DNA of 64,000 nt from Ascoidea asiatica JCM 7603 (lineage: Eukaryota; Fungi; Ascomycota). The notes beneath the pieces were generated by a model. The model saw only the letters and a list, made by a program, of their open reading frames with translations. It had not been told where the DNA came from and made no database searches. Position 1 is the first letter of the stretch, and each line of letters opens with the position of its first letter. The stretch is from contig BCKQ01000003.1 of assembly GCA_001600695.1 (NCBI GenBank), positions 1,704,392-1,768,391 of the forward strand. The letters run 5' to 3'. Shown here piece after piece: positions 10,475-21,982 of the stretch. The position numbers and the translations under genes are program-made.

Positions 10475-11434
10475 ATGGCTTCAATTTTTTCTTCATGGTC
10501 TTCAAATCCAATAACTTCTCAAAAATCAATTACTGATTTTAATAATGTTTTACAAATTTCTGCTTTAACTAATGATTCAAATTCAAAATTTGTTCCAATT
10601 AATTCAAATATTCCAATTCAATTTGAAAATGATTATTTTAATATAAAATTATTAATTTTTATTAATAATTTCAAAGGTTCAACTAATCATAAAATTGGTT
10701 TAAATAGTTTTAAATATTCTCAAAATGAAAAATTTTTAAATAATAATTTATTAATAAAAATTATTTTAAATCCAAAATCAAATAATTTAAATGGTAATTC
10801 ATTAATCTTTGGTAATGAATTTAATTCAAATATTAAAAATATTTTACCTTATGGTACTTCAACTGCTTTAAAATTATTTAATTATTTCATTGATCCTTCT
10901 GTTTATGGTGATTTATATTCAAATTCTTTACCTTATTTATATGGTAAAGCTTTATCAAGTTTTAATAAAATTTATTATAAAAAATTTAAATCAAATTCCA
11001 ACACTATCAATACTACTAATAATGATGAAAATAGCGCTGATAATAGTGATAGCGCTAATAGTATAGATAGCACTAATAGTGCTGATAGTGATAAACAAAA
11101 ATTATATAAAAAAAAATTCAATTTAAATTCAATTAATAAAAATATACCAATTAATGATAATGAAAGAAGTAAATATTTTAATAATATTGAAAATTTAAAA
11201 AATTTTAAATTTAATAAAGATTTATCTTATAATTTTATATTTAATACAAATTATTTATCCTTTTCAAATAATAATTTTCAAATTAATTTACCTGGAAATT
11301 TTAAATTAGATTTATCAAATATTTTATCAAATGATAAATTAAAAGATTCTCCAAATTATTTTAATTGGGTTTTAAAATATAATAATGATTTATTATTAAC
11401 AATTAAATTTGAAATTTTAAAAGAAAAAATTTAA
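10475..11434 (+). CDS. DUF1769 (UPF0590-like) fungal protein
   Basis: Motifs LIFGNEF, LPYGTSTALK, FIDPSVYGDLYS and PYLYGKALSSFN recalled as typical of DUF1769. Confidence 0.75.
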   Translation: MASIFSSWSSNPITSQKSITDFNNVLQISALTNDSNSKFVPINSNIPIQFENDYFNIKLLIFINNFKGSTNHKIGLNSFKYSQNEKFLNNNLLIKIILNPKSNNLNGNSLIFGNEFNSNIKNILPYGTSTALKLFNYFIDPSVYGDLYSNSLPYLYGKALSSFNKIYYKKFKSNSNTINTTNNDENSADNSDSANSIDSTNSADSDKQKLYKKKFNLNSINKNIPINDNERSKYFNNIENLKNFKFNKDLSYNFIFNTNYLSFSNNNFQINLPGNFKLDLSNILSNDKLKDSPNYFNWVLKYNNDLLLTIKFEILKEKI

Positions 11435-11554
11435 ATTTATATCTCAATTGTCTATTATATATTATCTATTATAATTCTATAAATTATAAACTATACTTTA
11501 CATAAAATATATATGAAATGAATAAATGAATTAATGAATCAATGAATGGAAGAA

Positions 11555-12880
11555 TTAACATTTAACTTGAACTAATTTATGATGATAAACTAATTCTTTT
11601 TTTGAATTTTTTGAAATTTTTTTATAATTTGCAGTGAATATTAAAGCAGATAGTTTTTTACCTTCGACACATGAAGTATCTAAACCTCTAGTATATTCAT
11701 GAAGTTTTAATTTTCTTCCTGCATCATGACCATAAATCACTGAATATTTTTCAAGTTTACTTTCTTTATCATTTTCCTTTTCATGTTCATTTACAGAAGA
11801 ATCAATTTTTTTCATTTTTTGATTATAAACTTTATACCAAGCTTCATATTTATTAGAATCCATATAACCTTGACTAATATCAGAAGCTTCAGTAAAATTT
11901 GGTTTTAAATAAGCTCTAATTGATGTTAAAATTAATGGATCTTGATCAATTAAAGGTAAATTCCATTGAATACCTGCATGGATTGCTAAAGTTGATAAAG
12001 GTTTTGAATAATTATAAATTGGATTATAATTGAATTTATTTATATTTTCATTTTCATTAATTAATTCATTTTTAAAATCATCAAAATATTTATTTGAATA
12101 TGAATAAGTTAAATTACCTAATTTCATTACTATTGGACATGTTGAAAGATAATTAATATGATCTGAAGTTAATCTTTTTGCAATTGATAATTCAGAATCT
12201 TGATTTAAATATTTTGAATTATAATTAAATGAAGATGGATTAATTACTAAAGTCTCATTTGAAGTATTATTTGAAGTATTAATAAATGATAAAGAATTAA
12301 CATTATGATAAATTGAATATTTATTTAAGATTGAAATTTCATGATTACCTAAAATACATGAAAAATTATTTTTTATTGCAAAATTTAAAACTTCATTATT
12401 TTTTTTACCTTTTGAAATAAAATCTCCTAACATTAAAACATTATCAGAATTTGAATTATAGTTGATTTTATTTAATAATTTTATTAAAGAATCATATGAA
12501 CCATGAATATCTCCAATAAGAATTATTCTTTCAATATTATTATTATCAGATTTAGATTCATTATCAATTGTAGAAATTGGAACTAAATTATATTTGAAAT
12601 TTTTAATTTTAATAAAAGTTGGTAAATTTATACCATTTGGTAAATTTGAATTAAATGGTAAAACTAAAAAAACATAAATTACTAATACAAAAAAGGATAT
12701 AATGGATAGAGAAAAAAAAGAATTAATTAATAATTTACTTTTAAATGATTTCTTTTTCTGGACATTGCTATTACTATTATTATTAGAAATATTACTATCT
12801 AAAGTTTTATTATATTGAGTATAATAAGAATATTGATTTTGATTTATTAATGGAGTATTTTCTGAATTATTTTGAGACAT
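11555..12880 (-). CDS. PPN2: Type II membrane metallophosphoesterase; vacuolar Zn-dependent endopolyphosphatase Ppn2 (YNL217W-like)
   Basis: GDIHG, GDFISKG, GNHE, HAG, YGHD and LDTSCV motifs; a single N-terminal TM helix; ENTPLI dileucine-type sorting motif. Confidence 0.8.
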   Translation of the reverse strand: MSQNNSENTPLINQNQYSYYTQYNKTLDSNISNNNSNSNVQKKKSFKSKLLINSFFSLSIISFFVLVIYVFLVLPFNSNLPNGINLPTFIKIKNFKYNLVPISTIDNESKSDNNNIERIILIGDIHGSYDSLIKLLNKINYNSNSDNVLMLGDFISKGKKNNEVLNFAIKNNFSCILGNHEISILNKYSIYHNVNSLSFINTSNNTSNETLVINPSSFNYNSKYLNQDSELSIAKRLTSDHINYLSTCPIVMKLGNLTYSYSNKYFDDFKNELINENENINKFNYNPIYNYSKPLSTLAIHAGIQWNLPLIDQDPLILTSIRAYLKPNFTEASDISQGYMDSNKYEAWYKVYNQKMKKIDSSVNEHEKENDKESKLEKYSVIYGHDAGRKLKLHEYTRGLDTSCVEGKKLSALIFTANYKKISKNSKKELVYHHKLVQVKC

Positions 12881-13359
12881 TTTTGTTTTTTTTTATATTT
12901 ATTATTTCATTTACAATCACATTAAAAGTATTAAAAGTATTGAATGAAATACAGTATAAATTTGGAAAATTAAGTGAATTTATACTATTATGGATATCAA
13001 ATTATAAAAATTTTATAAATTTAGAATAAAATTGAATGATGTTACTGAACATTTAAAAAATGAAATTTTTTTATTTTTTTTGTTGAAGATAATTTTGTTG
13101 AATAGAGAATGTAAAAAATTCAGTAAATGCCAAGTCGTATTCTGAATGATTTCATGAAGAAAGAAGAGTAGAAAGAAGAGTAAAAATGACTTCAACTTAT
13201 AGCAAAGAAGTTAAAAAAAAAGGGAAATGGAAGCTACTTTATTTGGGTGATTTAGTTCTTATTTATATATTTGATTTTACATTCAATTATTATCCTGAAT
13301 CATATTTCAATATATTTTTATTTTTTTATTTATTGTTTAAGTTCATCGTCATTCTTCAA

Positions 13360-13700
13360 ATTGCCAGGCCAAGTCTTTTATGTTTTGTAACGTTGAAGTC
13401 AGAAGCTTGTTCAGGCTGGAACTTCGCGCTCAGCTCGGGCACAGAGAAAGACCCGCCGGGCTGGTTTCGGCACGTGGGTCCTGGCTGCCGTCGGCGGTAC
13501 ACGTCTGTCATCAAGTGCACTTCTGCGTATTTCAATGCCCTATTGCATATGTTCAAGTATTTCTGCATTGATGTACGTATTTTAATTACGTGGCTCGGAT
13601 CTTTCCGGTGCTGAGTCAGCCGTCTAAATATCCGCCATTAAAAATACTCGTTACCCGGCACGTGGCGGCAGTGGAGAGTTTGCCAGACTCATCTGCAACG
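13360..13700. promoter_or_regulatory. GC-rich divergent promoter of PPN2/YBP1 with Pho4-type E-boxes, an AP-1 site and a Reb1 site
   Basis: GGCACGTGG with CACGTG at 13471-13476 and 13659-13664; TGAGTCA at 13612-13618; TTACCCGG at 13651-13658. Confidence 0.55.
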
Positions 13701-13952
13701 GTAACAGTAACAATAACTTTATCTTTCTGCAAGCCTTTCCATTCTTTCAACTTTAGTTTATTTCCTTTGATTAATTCATTTATTCACCAAAATCACCAAA
13801 ATACATCAACAAATTAGGTCAAAGAAACAAATAAATAATCAAGATCAAGCTCAATTGAACTCAATTCACTTTCAGATTATTGACTATTATTTTTTAGTTC
13901 TTTATTCACTCAATTATCATCTTTTGTATCTCTATTTACTAGTTTTTTCAAA

Positions 13953-16727
13953 ATGTCTACTGAAAATTATCTAGAAGAAACAAATGGGGCAAAAGATTCA
14001 AAGGATTCAATACATGAAGACTTTCATAAAGAATCAAATCAAAAGAATAATAATTTTTTGCCTCCGTTAAATGATTCAATTGCCACTCTAACACCTGAAA
14101 TCAATCAAACTAAGTCGAATAATGAAAATCACACTAATACTGAAACTGTGACTGAAACTAAAACCAAAACTAAATTTGTCGATAATATTGAAGATAATAA
14201 TAACCAAGCAATCACACCTTCAAAGACAGAATCAATTCCTGAATCAAATGATCAATCAAATGATCGATCAGATAATGATTCCAACAATGATTATAATTCT
14301 AGTTCCAATAGTGATACTAACAGTGATTCAAATAATGATTTAGATAATAACTCAACTATTAATTCAAATACTGTAGATATTGATAAAATTTGTCAATATT
14401 TTAAAGATGGTGCAATTCAAGCTAAAGCTTCAAAAGATTATTTATCTTATTTAACTTTAATTGATATTTATTTACCTTCTAAAAAAATTTATAATGATAA
14501 ACAAATGACAAAATTAATTTATACTTTATATGATTTATTTAATGATGATATTAATGATAAAAATAATATTAATGAAAAGGAAACTTTAATTTATCAAATT
14601 GGTTGGGATTTACCTCCAATTTTATTAAATTTTGTATCAAATTTAAATTATAATTTTCAAACTCCTTTATTAGATGCTCCTTCTGTATTAGCAACTTTAT
14701 TAATTTTTAATTTACTAGCAAGACATGGTAATCCAAAAGAATTATTCTTAAAATCTTATGAAATGTTATCAACTTTAAAATGTTATCCAAATTCTAATAA
14801 TACTACTAATACCAATAATACTAATAATATAAATTATCTTGATTCTTTAACTGATTTTCAAAAAGAAGAAATAATTGAAAGATTTTTTGATTTCAAATTT
14901 CATAGTTTAATTGAATTATTATCTTCTTCAATTAAAAGAATTAATTCAAATTATCCTTCAAAATTTTTATTAATGGCAATTTCTTCAATTTTAAAACTTT
15001 TAAAAAATAATATAGATGATTTAATTTTTCCTTCTTTTTTAATTAGAAGAATTTATGTATTCACAAGAGATTATATACCTCCAATGCCATTAATTGATGA
15101 TTCAAATGATAATGATCAGATTAATAATGATGAAAATTATTTACAAAGAAAATTATTACAATCTTTTATAACTCATTTAACTGAATTTTCATTTAAATAT
15201 ACAAATTTAGATTTATCAATTGATTTTTTCAATTTTATTAAAACTAATAAATTCATTACTACTGAAAATTCAAATAATTCAAATGATTTAAATACTTCAA
15301 ATAATTCAAGTCTGGTTAATGTTGTTGAAGATGAAAGATTAATTGAATTATCTTCAAGATTTGTACAATTATCTGAATCTTTTGATTTAAATTTTATTGA
15401 AATTTTCAAATCTAATTTTCTTATAAATTCAGTTAATTTATTTAATCCATTAATTATAAAATTCAATAATTCAAAATTCAATAATACAAAATTTTTAAAG
15501 CAATCTGATTCGGATTTATTAATTAATGAAATCTTTAAAATTTCTAATGATGATTTTACTAAAAATTCTTTAATTTCAATTAATGATGATATTATAAATT
15601 CAAATAAAACTTTAAATAATAACTTAAATTCTATTAAATTATCAAATATTGGTTTATTATATCTTTCTTTATTATCTTTTAAAGAAAATTCTCATTCAAA
15701 TTTAAAATTCTTTTTAAAAGAAATTAAACCTTTATTCAAATTCAATTCAATTTTATTTCTATCAATTAGATTCTTAGTTCCACTTTTAACAATTTCAAAT
15801 AATTCAAATAACTCAAAAAATTCAAAAACTGAATTAACAATTAGGAAAATTTCAAAAAAAAAATTTTTATATAAAGGTTTAAAAGATTCAATAATTTATT
15901 TATTATGGTTATCAATATCAAATTCGGATAAAGATAATAACTTTTGTTTACAAATTTTAAATATTTCAAATGATTTAATTCTTAAACACTTTTTAAAAAT
16001 CTTATTACAAATTTTAATAAGTATTGTTTCAATTGATGAAGATAATGAACAATTTAGAAAAATTATTTTCACTTTAATTATAAGAATTATATCTCTTTCT
16101 AATGAAAACTTTTCATGGGAATTTTTAAATGATTCTTTAGAATTTTGTCCTTATTTAAATGCTAAAATTTCAATGGTTGGAATTTTAAAAGATTTATTGA
16201 TTCTTCAAAGACCTATGTTACATAATAATAGTGATTCAGATATCAACTTAATCACAAAAGCTGTTAAAAATATCAAAGTTAAAAGTGAAAATATCACCCA
16301 GGAGAATTCAAAAGAAAATTCAAAACATGAAGTGAAAAAGGAATCCAAAGAATCTAATAATAAAATACCTCCACCTTTACCCTCCAGAAATAATACTTTC
16401 ATTACATTAAGCCCTGAAAGAATAGATAAAATTAGTGATTTAACAATAAGCTCGATAGAGAAAGTGTTTTATGTTGATTCTGAAGATGTGAAACAAAAAC
16501 CAATTTATAAAAAGAAACTTGATGAAAATGAATGTAAATTATTACTCTCGTATCTTAATTTACTAATCTCAATCAAAAAGAGAGTTTACCCCGGAAAACT
16601 TGATATAATAATTTCTTTTATAAAGGCTAGAATTTCTGGTTTCAAGGAAGCATTGAAAAATAGTTCCGAGAAGGAAACCCACTTAAATATAATTATATTT
16701 GTTCTAGATAGATTGGAGAAGTTGTAA
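13953..16727 (+). CDS. YBP1: Yap1-binding protein Ybp1/Ybp2 family
   Basis: YQIGWDLP, ARHGNPKELFLK, RRIYVFTRDYIPP and LEFCPYLNAK motifs. It lies near RAD6, as YBP2 does in S. cerevisiae. Confidence 0.8.
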   Translation: MSTENYLEETNGAKDSKDSIHEDFHKESNQKNNNFLPPLNDSIATLTPEINQTKSNNENHTNTETVTETKTKTKFVDNIEDNNNQAITPSKTESIPESNDQSNDRSDNDSNNDYNSSSNSDTNSDSNNDLDNNSTINSNTVDIDKICQYFKDGAIQAKASKDYLSYLTLIDIYLPSKKIYNDKQMTKLIYTLYDLFNDDINDKNNINEKETLIYQIGWDLPPILLNFVSNLNYNFQTPLLDAPSVLATLLIFNLLARHGNPKELFLKSYEMLSTLKCYPNSNNTTNTNNTNNINYLDSLTDFQKEEIIERFFDFKFHSLIELLSSSIKRINSNYPSKFLLMAISSILKLLKNNIDDLIFPSFLIRRIYVFTRDYIPPMPLIDDSNDNDQINNDENYLQRKLLQSFITHLTEFSFKYTNLDLSIDFFNFIKTNKFITTENSNNSNDLNTSNNSSLVNVVEDERLIELSSRFVQLSESFDLNFIEIFKSNFLINSVNLFNPLIIKFNNSKFNNTKFLKQSDSDLLINEIFKISNDDFTKNSLISINDDIINSNKTLNNNLNSIKLSNIGLLYLSLLSFKENSHSNLKFFLKEIKPLFKFNSILFLSIRFLVPLLTISNNSNNSKNSKTELTIRKISKKKFLYKGLKDSIIYLLWLSISNSDKDNNFCLQILNISNDLILKHFLKILLQILISIVSIDEDNEQFRKIIFTLIIRIISLSNENFSWEFLNDSLEFCPYLNAKISMVGILKDLLILQRPMLHNNSDSDINLITKAVKNIKVKSENITQENSKENSKHEVKKESKESNNKIPPPLPSRNNTFITLSPERIDKISDLTISSIEKVFYVDSEDVKQKPIYKKKLDENECKLLLSYLNLLISIKKRVYPGKLDIIISFIKARISGFKEALKNSSEKETHLNIIIFVLDRLEKL

Positions 16728-17377
16728 TACTAGGCTGAAAAAAAAAATGGGTAAAAAACTGTGAAATTTTGTAGAATAATTGCGTATCTGCAATTCTTAT
16801 TTAAGTGTATGGTATATAGTGTATATACTGAGGAATCTAATAATTGGTTTTTACAAAATTTTCTTTGGTTTGGCCAAGAATATAATTTTAACTTCATTAA
16901 ATTTCTCTTTTTTGAATATTGGAACCTTTAATTGTTAAATGTTACTTTGATATCCAGAATTTAATTAAAATTTTTTTTTCATTTTCTCTTTGTCTTCAAT
17001 TGAGAGATTTTCAAGCTTTTTGATTTTTATTAATTCAAACTTTGAATTGAAGAACTTTTGGGGAACAGAAAGCAAATAATAATTAAAATGAAAGATAATC
17101 TTGAAAATGCAGCGTGCTGCCCTGGTTGGGAGACATTTTCAATAAAACCAGGACAACCCGCTTCAATGTCCCGCAATGCGATTGATTTTCTCCAGAATTT
17201 CAAAAACAAAGAACAATACAAGCGAGTTCGAATTTACAATAGGGAAAGAATGAAGATTCATTCAAGAAACATGAAAACTAGAGGGATTATTAAATGAAAG
17301 GGCAGGATTGTATAATAAATATTAGGAAGATTGTTATAATTGCTTTTTAGTGGTGTGAAATAATTAATTGATACACA

Positions 17378-19126
17378 ATGATAGATGAACCAAAGTTGTT
17401 TGATACCTTGGGAAAGAATCCGAACTTCATGGAACCAATCAAGCGAATCCATGATCAAATAGGAACCAACTACTTCCAAAGCTCAATTGCAATATTCAAT
17501 TTGAAGAAGATACTAAATAGAGTTGTGGAATTGATTGTTTTGGAAAATACCAGTTCAACGAGTCTATCCAGTGAATGTCCTCCGGGAGCATTTGATCTGA
17601 GAATCGTGAGTTTCGAGAAGGAGGTAAATCAAAATACTGCAACATTATCTAAACCGAAATTGTTAATCAAGGGAAACTACATTAATCAGGACAAGTCCAA
17701 GAGTGATAAAGAAGCTGTTAATGATTTAATTGGATTATTGAATGAAATAAACTCAATCATTGATGAAGTGCCACCTTTGAAAGGACCAAGACGGTATGGT
17801 AATTTGGCAGACAGGGAATTTCATAGAATATTTGAAAGTAGAATAGAAGAATTGTTGAAGAAATACATGATAGACAAGTATTATAATGGACCTAAAGCGG
17901 AGATGTTCATGAAGGAAATCAAGTTTTATATATTGAATTCATTTGGATCTAAAATTCGATTAGATTATGGAACGGGCCATGAATTGAATTTCCTAGCCTT
18001 TTTAGGTGCATTATGGATGAGTGATATCTTGGTTAATATGAAGGGAATTGATTTTATTTTTATATTCTGTAGATACTATGATGTGGTTAGAAAATTGATT
18101 TTGAATTACACATTAGAGCCTGCAGGAAGTCATGGAGTCTGGGGGCTAGATGATCATTTTCATTTATCGTACATCCTAGGAGCAGCTCAGTTTTTTTATC
18201 CGAGGAATGGCAGCATGGATGATGCAGTATTCAAGAAGCCGTTAGCAGTGAAGAAAGATGCAACACTATTAGAGACGAGTACTAGTGATTTTAAGACTAA
18301 TAGGATTCCTAAGGCTTTTGAGGTTCCAGTTACTTCCAGTTTTTTGGATTTGAGAGAATTGGAGAAGTATCAGGTGAAGAATATATTTTTCAACTCAGTT
18401 TCCTTTATCATCAAGGTAAAGCGAGGGAAATTCTGGGAGCATTCCCCATTGTTGTATGATATATCAGGAATTAAGACATGGGAGAAGATATTGAAAGGAT
18501 TAATGAAAATGTATAATGAAGAGGTTCTAGATAAGTTTCCTGTGATACAGCATTTTTACTTTGGGGGAGTATTTTATCCATGGATTAATATGAGAAGTGG
18601 AGTAATTCTACCAGAGAATATTCCTGATGAAATGATAAACAAGAAAAACAAGGAGGATAAATTGGTGGAAGAGAAGTTTAAGGCCAATAAGCATAATAAA
18701 GTGAATAAAATGAACCATAAAGAAGGATCTGGGAGCTCACGTTTGGACTTCAATCCTGTCACGGTCTTGGATAAGTCAGATGAAAGTGGTAATGGTAATA
18801 GTTACAGCAACATAACAAAGCTTTCAAACAATGAAGATTTAAGTCACTTGATGAACTGTCATAAGAGTAAGAGGACGATGAACAATATTATGGAGAGCAC
18901 CAGTTTACCTTCAATATTCAGACAAAGAGAGGCAGTGCAACGAAAGTCTAGAATGAAGAATGATATTGAGAATCGAGGTGGGAACAGAGTTGCTAATGAA
19001 GGACGAAATGGATCGAGAATATCACGGATAGCACCAAGAGGAGGAGCTAAACAAGAAGAAGAAGAAATTGGTGGTGGAAGAGAAGTTGACTTTGAGAGTG
19101 GAACCAAAGCACCCTGGAGTAAATAG
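17378..19126 (+). CDS. RRD1: PTPA-family PP2A activator / peptidyl-prolyl isomerase
   Basis: GPRRYGNLA, RLDYGTGHEL, YTLEPAGSHGVWGLDD, FWEHSPLLYDIS, EVLDKFPVIQHFYFG and C-terminal TKAPW. Confidence 0.88.
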   Translation: MIDEPKLFDTLGKNPNFMEPIKRIHDQIGTNYFQSSIAIFNLKKILNRVVELIVLENTSSTSLSSECPPGAFDLRIVSFEKEVNQNTATLSKPKLLIKGNYINQDKSKSDKEAVNDLIGLLNEINSIIDEVPPLKGPRRYGNLADREFHRIFESRIEELLKKYMIDKYYNGPKAEMFMKEIKFYILNSFGSKIRLDYGTGHELNFLAFLGALWMSDILVNMKGIDFIFIFCRYYDVVRKLILNYTLEPAGSHGVWGLDDHFHLSYILGAAQFFYPRNGSMDDAVFKKPLAVKKDATLLETSTSDFKTNRIPKAFEVPVTSSFLDLRELEKYQVKNIFFNSVSFIIKVKRGKFWEHSPLLYDISGIKTWEKILKGLMKMYNEEVLDKFPVIQHFYFGGVFYPWINMRSGVILPENIPDEMINKKNKEDKLVEEKFKANKHNKVNKMNHKEGSGSSRLDFNPVTVLDKSDESGNGNSYSNITKLSNNEDLSHLMNCHKSKRTMNNIMESTSLPSIFRQREAVQRKSRMKNDIENRGGNRVANEGRNGSRISRIAPRGGAKQEEEEIGGGREVDFESGTKAPWSK

Positions 19127-19931
19127 AGTAGAATGAATTGCAATTGAAAGTTAAATTATAATTATTTGATGATTGAATGAAATAATGTAATTATTGTAGT
19201 GTTAGTGTTAGTGTTAGTGTTAGCCGATAGACGTTATTTGATAGCGGATATGGTTCTGTTGGATTTGAAAATCGGGCCAGTAGAAAGATCGGGTCAGTTG
19301 AGAAGGTTGTAGGATGAACCCGATAACTGCCCTATTTTATCCTGTTTTTTGTCCTAGAAATAATTATTGCGTGGTGTTTTTTGACTCTCACGCAAAATTC
19401 ACGCCGCACGACTAGTTGCATGCGCCACTGGATTTTCCCGGTAAGTGTCTTGGTACGTATTGCCCGATGGGGTAATTCATTTTTAGGAGCATGCCCAGAG
19501 TTAGTGGTAGCATGTGACTTGTAGAGTCTTGATTGTATCAACTGGCGACAGAAAACTGGAGTAGCAATTTATTGTATGGTAAAATATATCTCAAAGAATG
19601 ATAGCGCAAAATAAAATGAATTAAAAGACTATTTTGTTGAATAATTACCAAATATTAAGAGAAAAAGAATACAAAATACAGAATAAAGAATAAAGAATAT
19701 TATAAAAACATAAAAGATAACTTAGCTGAAAGATATCAAAAAACATTGTTAAATCAAAATTTTTTTATTGAATAGCCGTTTATTAGATAGTGATTAATTT
19801 TTAGGTTAACTAACTTCTTATCAGAATTTCTTGAATATTATTTGATCATTAAATTCATTTTCTTTAAATTTTTATTTAATTTTATTTAAAAAATATAGAT
19901 CTTCTAATTGAAATAGATATTATAAGTTAAG

Positions 19932-20553
19932 ATGTCGACACCAGCAAGAAGAAGATTAATGAGAGATTTTAAAGTATGTAAGTAATAAAATTTATAATTA
20001 TTTTAACAATATTTAAAAAAAATGTTTATACTAATTAAATTTGATTATTTTTGTTATTATTTAAAATTAGAGAATGCAAGCAGATCCACCAGCAGGATTA
20101 AGTGCATCACCATTACCAGATAATGTGATGGTTTGGAATGCAGTTATTATAGGACCAAGTGATACACCATTTGAAGATGGTACATTTAAATTAACATTAA
20201 AATTTGATGAACAATATCCAAATAAACCACCAAGTGTTAAATTTAATTCAGAAATGTTTCATCCAAATGTTTATGGATCTGGAGAATTATGTTTAGATAT
20301 TTTACAAAATAGATGGAGTCCAACATATGATGTTTCATCAATTTTAACAAGTGTACAATCTTTATTAAATGATCCAAATATTTTATCACCAGCAAATGTT
20401 GAAGCAGCAAATTTATTTAAAGATCATAGAGCTCAATATATTAAAAGAGTTAAACAAACAGTGGAGAAAAGTTGGGATGAAGGTGATTTTGATGATTCTG
20501 ATTCCGATGAATCTGAAAGTGATAGTGAAGAAGAAGAAGATGATGATGATTAA
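19932..20553 (+). CDS. RAD6: Ubiquitin-conjugating enzyme E2 Rad6/Ubc2, join(19932..19973,20071..20553), 174 aa with acidic tail
   Basis: Exon 1 [14 protein letters not shown] joins in frame to RMQADPP...; catalytic [23 protein letters not shown]. Confidence 0.97.
19974..20070 (+). other. Spliceosomal intron in RAD6 (97 nt, phase 0)
   Basis: GTATGT donor, TACTAAT at 20029-20035, TAG acceptor; removing it restores the conserved Rad6 N-terminus. Confidence 0.95.
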
Positions 20554-20863
20554 TAGTGATGATAATTAATAATAATTAATAGTAATTTAAAGTATTGTTT
20601 ATATAAAGTATAGTTCATAAAATATAGTTTATAAAAAATTAAGTAATTAAAAAAAAAAAATTATAAAATAAGAAAAGTTTTTTGAAAATGTATTTTAAAA
20701 ATGTAATATAAAAAAGTTAATTAAAGTAAGATAATAATAATAATACAACTTAAGTGGTTTTGTTTGTCTGAATTAAATAAAATGAAAAGTATAAAGTATA
20801 CAAGTAAAATAATGAATGAAATAAATAGTATTATGATAAAAATGATTTGAATAATAAATAATT

Positions 20864-21982
20864 TTAATTTCTAAGAGATTTTGGTACTAATATTTCTCTT
20901 TTGACTCTTTTACAAGAATCATTGAAATTTTCATTGAAATTATCATTAAGATTATCATCAATATTATTATTTTCATCATTAATATTATTATCATTTATAT
21001 TTCTTGATCTTTTGAATTTTAACAATCTTTCATTTTGTGGAATTAAATAAAGATTTTTACCTAAACAGTTTAACTTAAAATTAAATAAGATATTATTGAA
21101 AAATTTTTTAAAATTTGAAATATTTTCAATTTCATTTTCATTTACATTTATGTTTTCATTTAGATCATTTAATATTGATAATCTTCTTGAAATATTATGA
21201 TTTAAAGATTTTAAATATATTAAAGTATAATCAACATTAAAATTGAATTTATTAATTAGATATGAAGAAGATAAAATTAATGGAAAATAATCATTTAAAT
21301 TGAATTTAAAAGGTTTCTTGAATAAATTTTTTGAAGGATTATGTAAAATTAAAATACCTAAATTTGGAAAATTATTTTCAATTGTTGTTAATAAATTATT
21401 AATATTAATTAAAGAGTTTAAGAAAACTTTTTCATTTTGATTACTGGTGTTATTAATATTATCCTTATTAAAATCATTGAAAAAAAATGGAGAATTTATT
21501 GAATTTAAACTATTTTTATAAGAAGATAATAAAGAATTTGAAATTAAATCGGAATTATAAGATAAATTTGAATTTTTTAAGAAATTTAATAAACTTTTTA
21601 AAATTAAATTATATTTATTTATAAATTTTATTAAAAATTGATTATTTTGTAAATATTGAAAATTTGTTAAATTTGAATTATGAATTGAAATTTGAAATAA
21701 TAATGGATCAAAAGATAATAAAATAAATTCGGACAAATTTGATTGATGAAATATATTATTATTATTATTATTATTGCTTTGCAAATTTGGTGAAGAATCG
21801 AAATTTAAAAAAGAAGAATTAGATATTGAATGAAATTCGATTTGCTTTAAAAATTCTTCAAATGGACATGAAATTATAATGATTTTTATATTATTCAGAA
21901 ATATAAAATTTGTTTTATTCAAAATTGATAAATCTGATAAATAAACATTTGGAGAAATTTCTAAAGGATCAAATGGAATCAT
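20864..21982 (-). CDS. Asn-rich hypothetical protein with dual-specificity-phosphatase-like elements but no CX5R motif
   Basis: 372-aa ORF; EISPNVYLS...NIKIII and GILILH...SSYLINKFNFNVDYTLIYLKS resemble DSP fold segments. Confidence 0.6.
   Translation of the reverse strand: MIPFDPLEISPNVYLSDLSILNKTNFIFLNNIKIIIISCPFEEFLKQIEFHSISNSSFLNFDSSPNLQSNNNNNNNIFHQSNLSEFILLSFDPLLFQISIHNSNLTNFQYLQNNQFLIKFINKYNLILKSLLNFLKNSNLSYNSDLISNSLLSSYKNSLNSINSPFFFNDFNKDNINNTSNQNEKVFLNSLININNLLTTIENNFPNLGILILHNPSKNLFKKPFKFNLNDYFPLILSSSYLINKFNFNVDYTLIYLKSLNHNISRRLSILNDLNENINVNENEIENISNFKKFFNNILFNFKLNCLGKNLYLIPQNERLLKFKRSRNINDNNINDENNNIDDNLNDNFNENFNDSCKRVKREILVPKSLRN

Noticed and set aside
2085-16727. YCF1, FDH1 and YBP1 as a detox/oxidative-stress gene cluster
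   Set aside because: Interleaved with unrelated genes, with no shared regulatory evidence beyond generic motifs.
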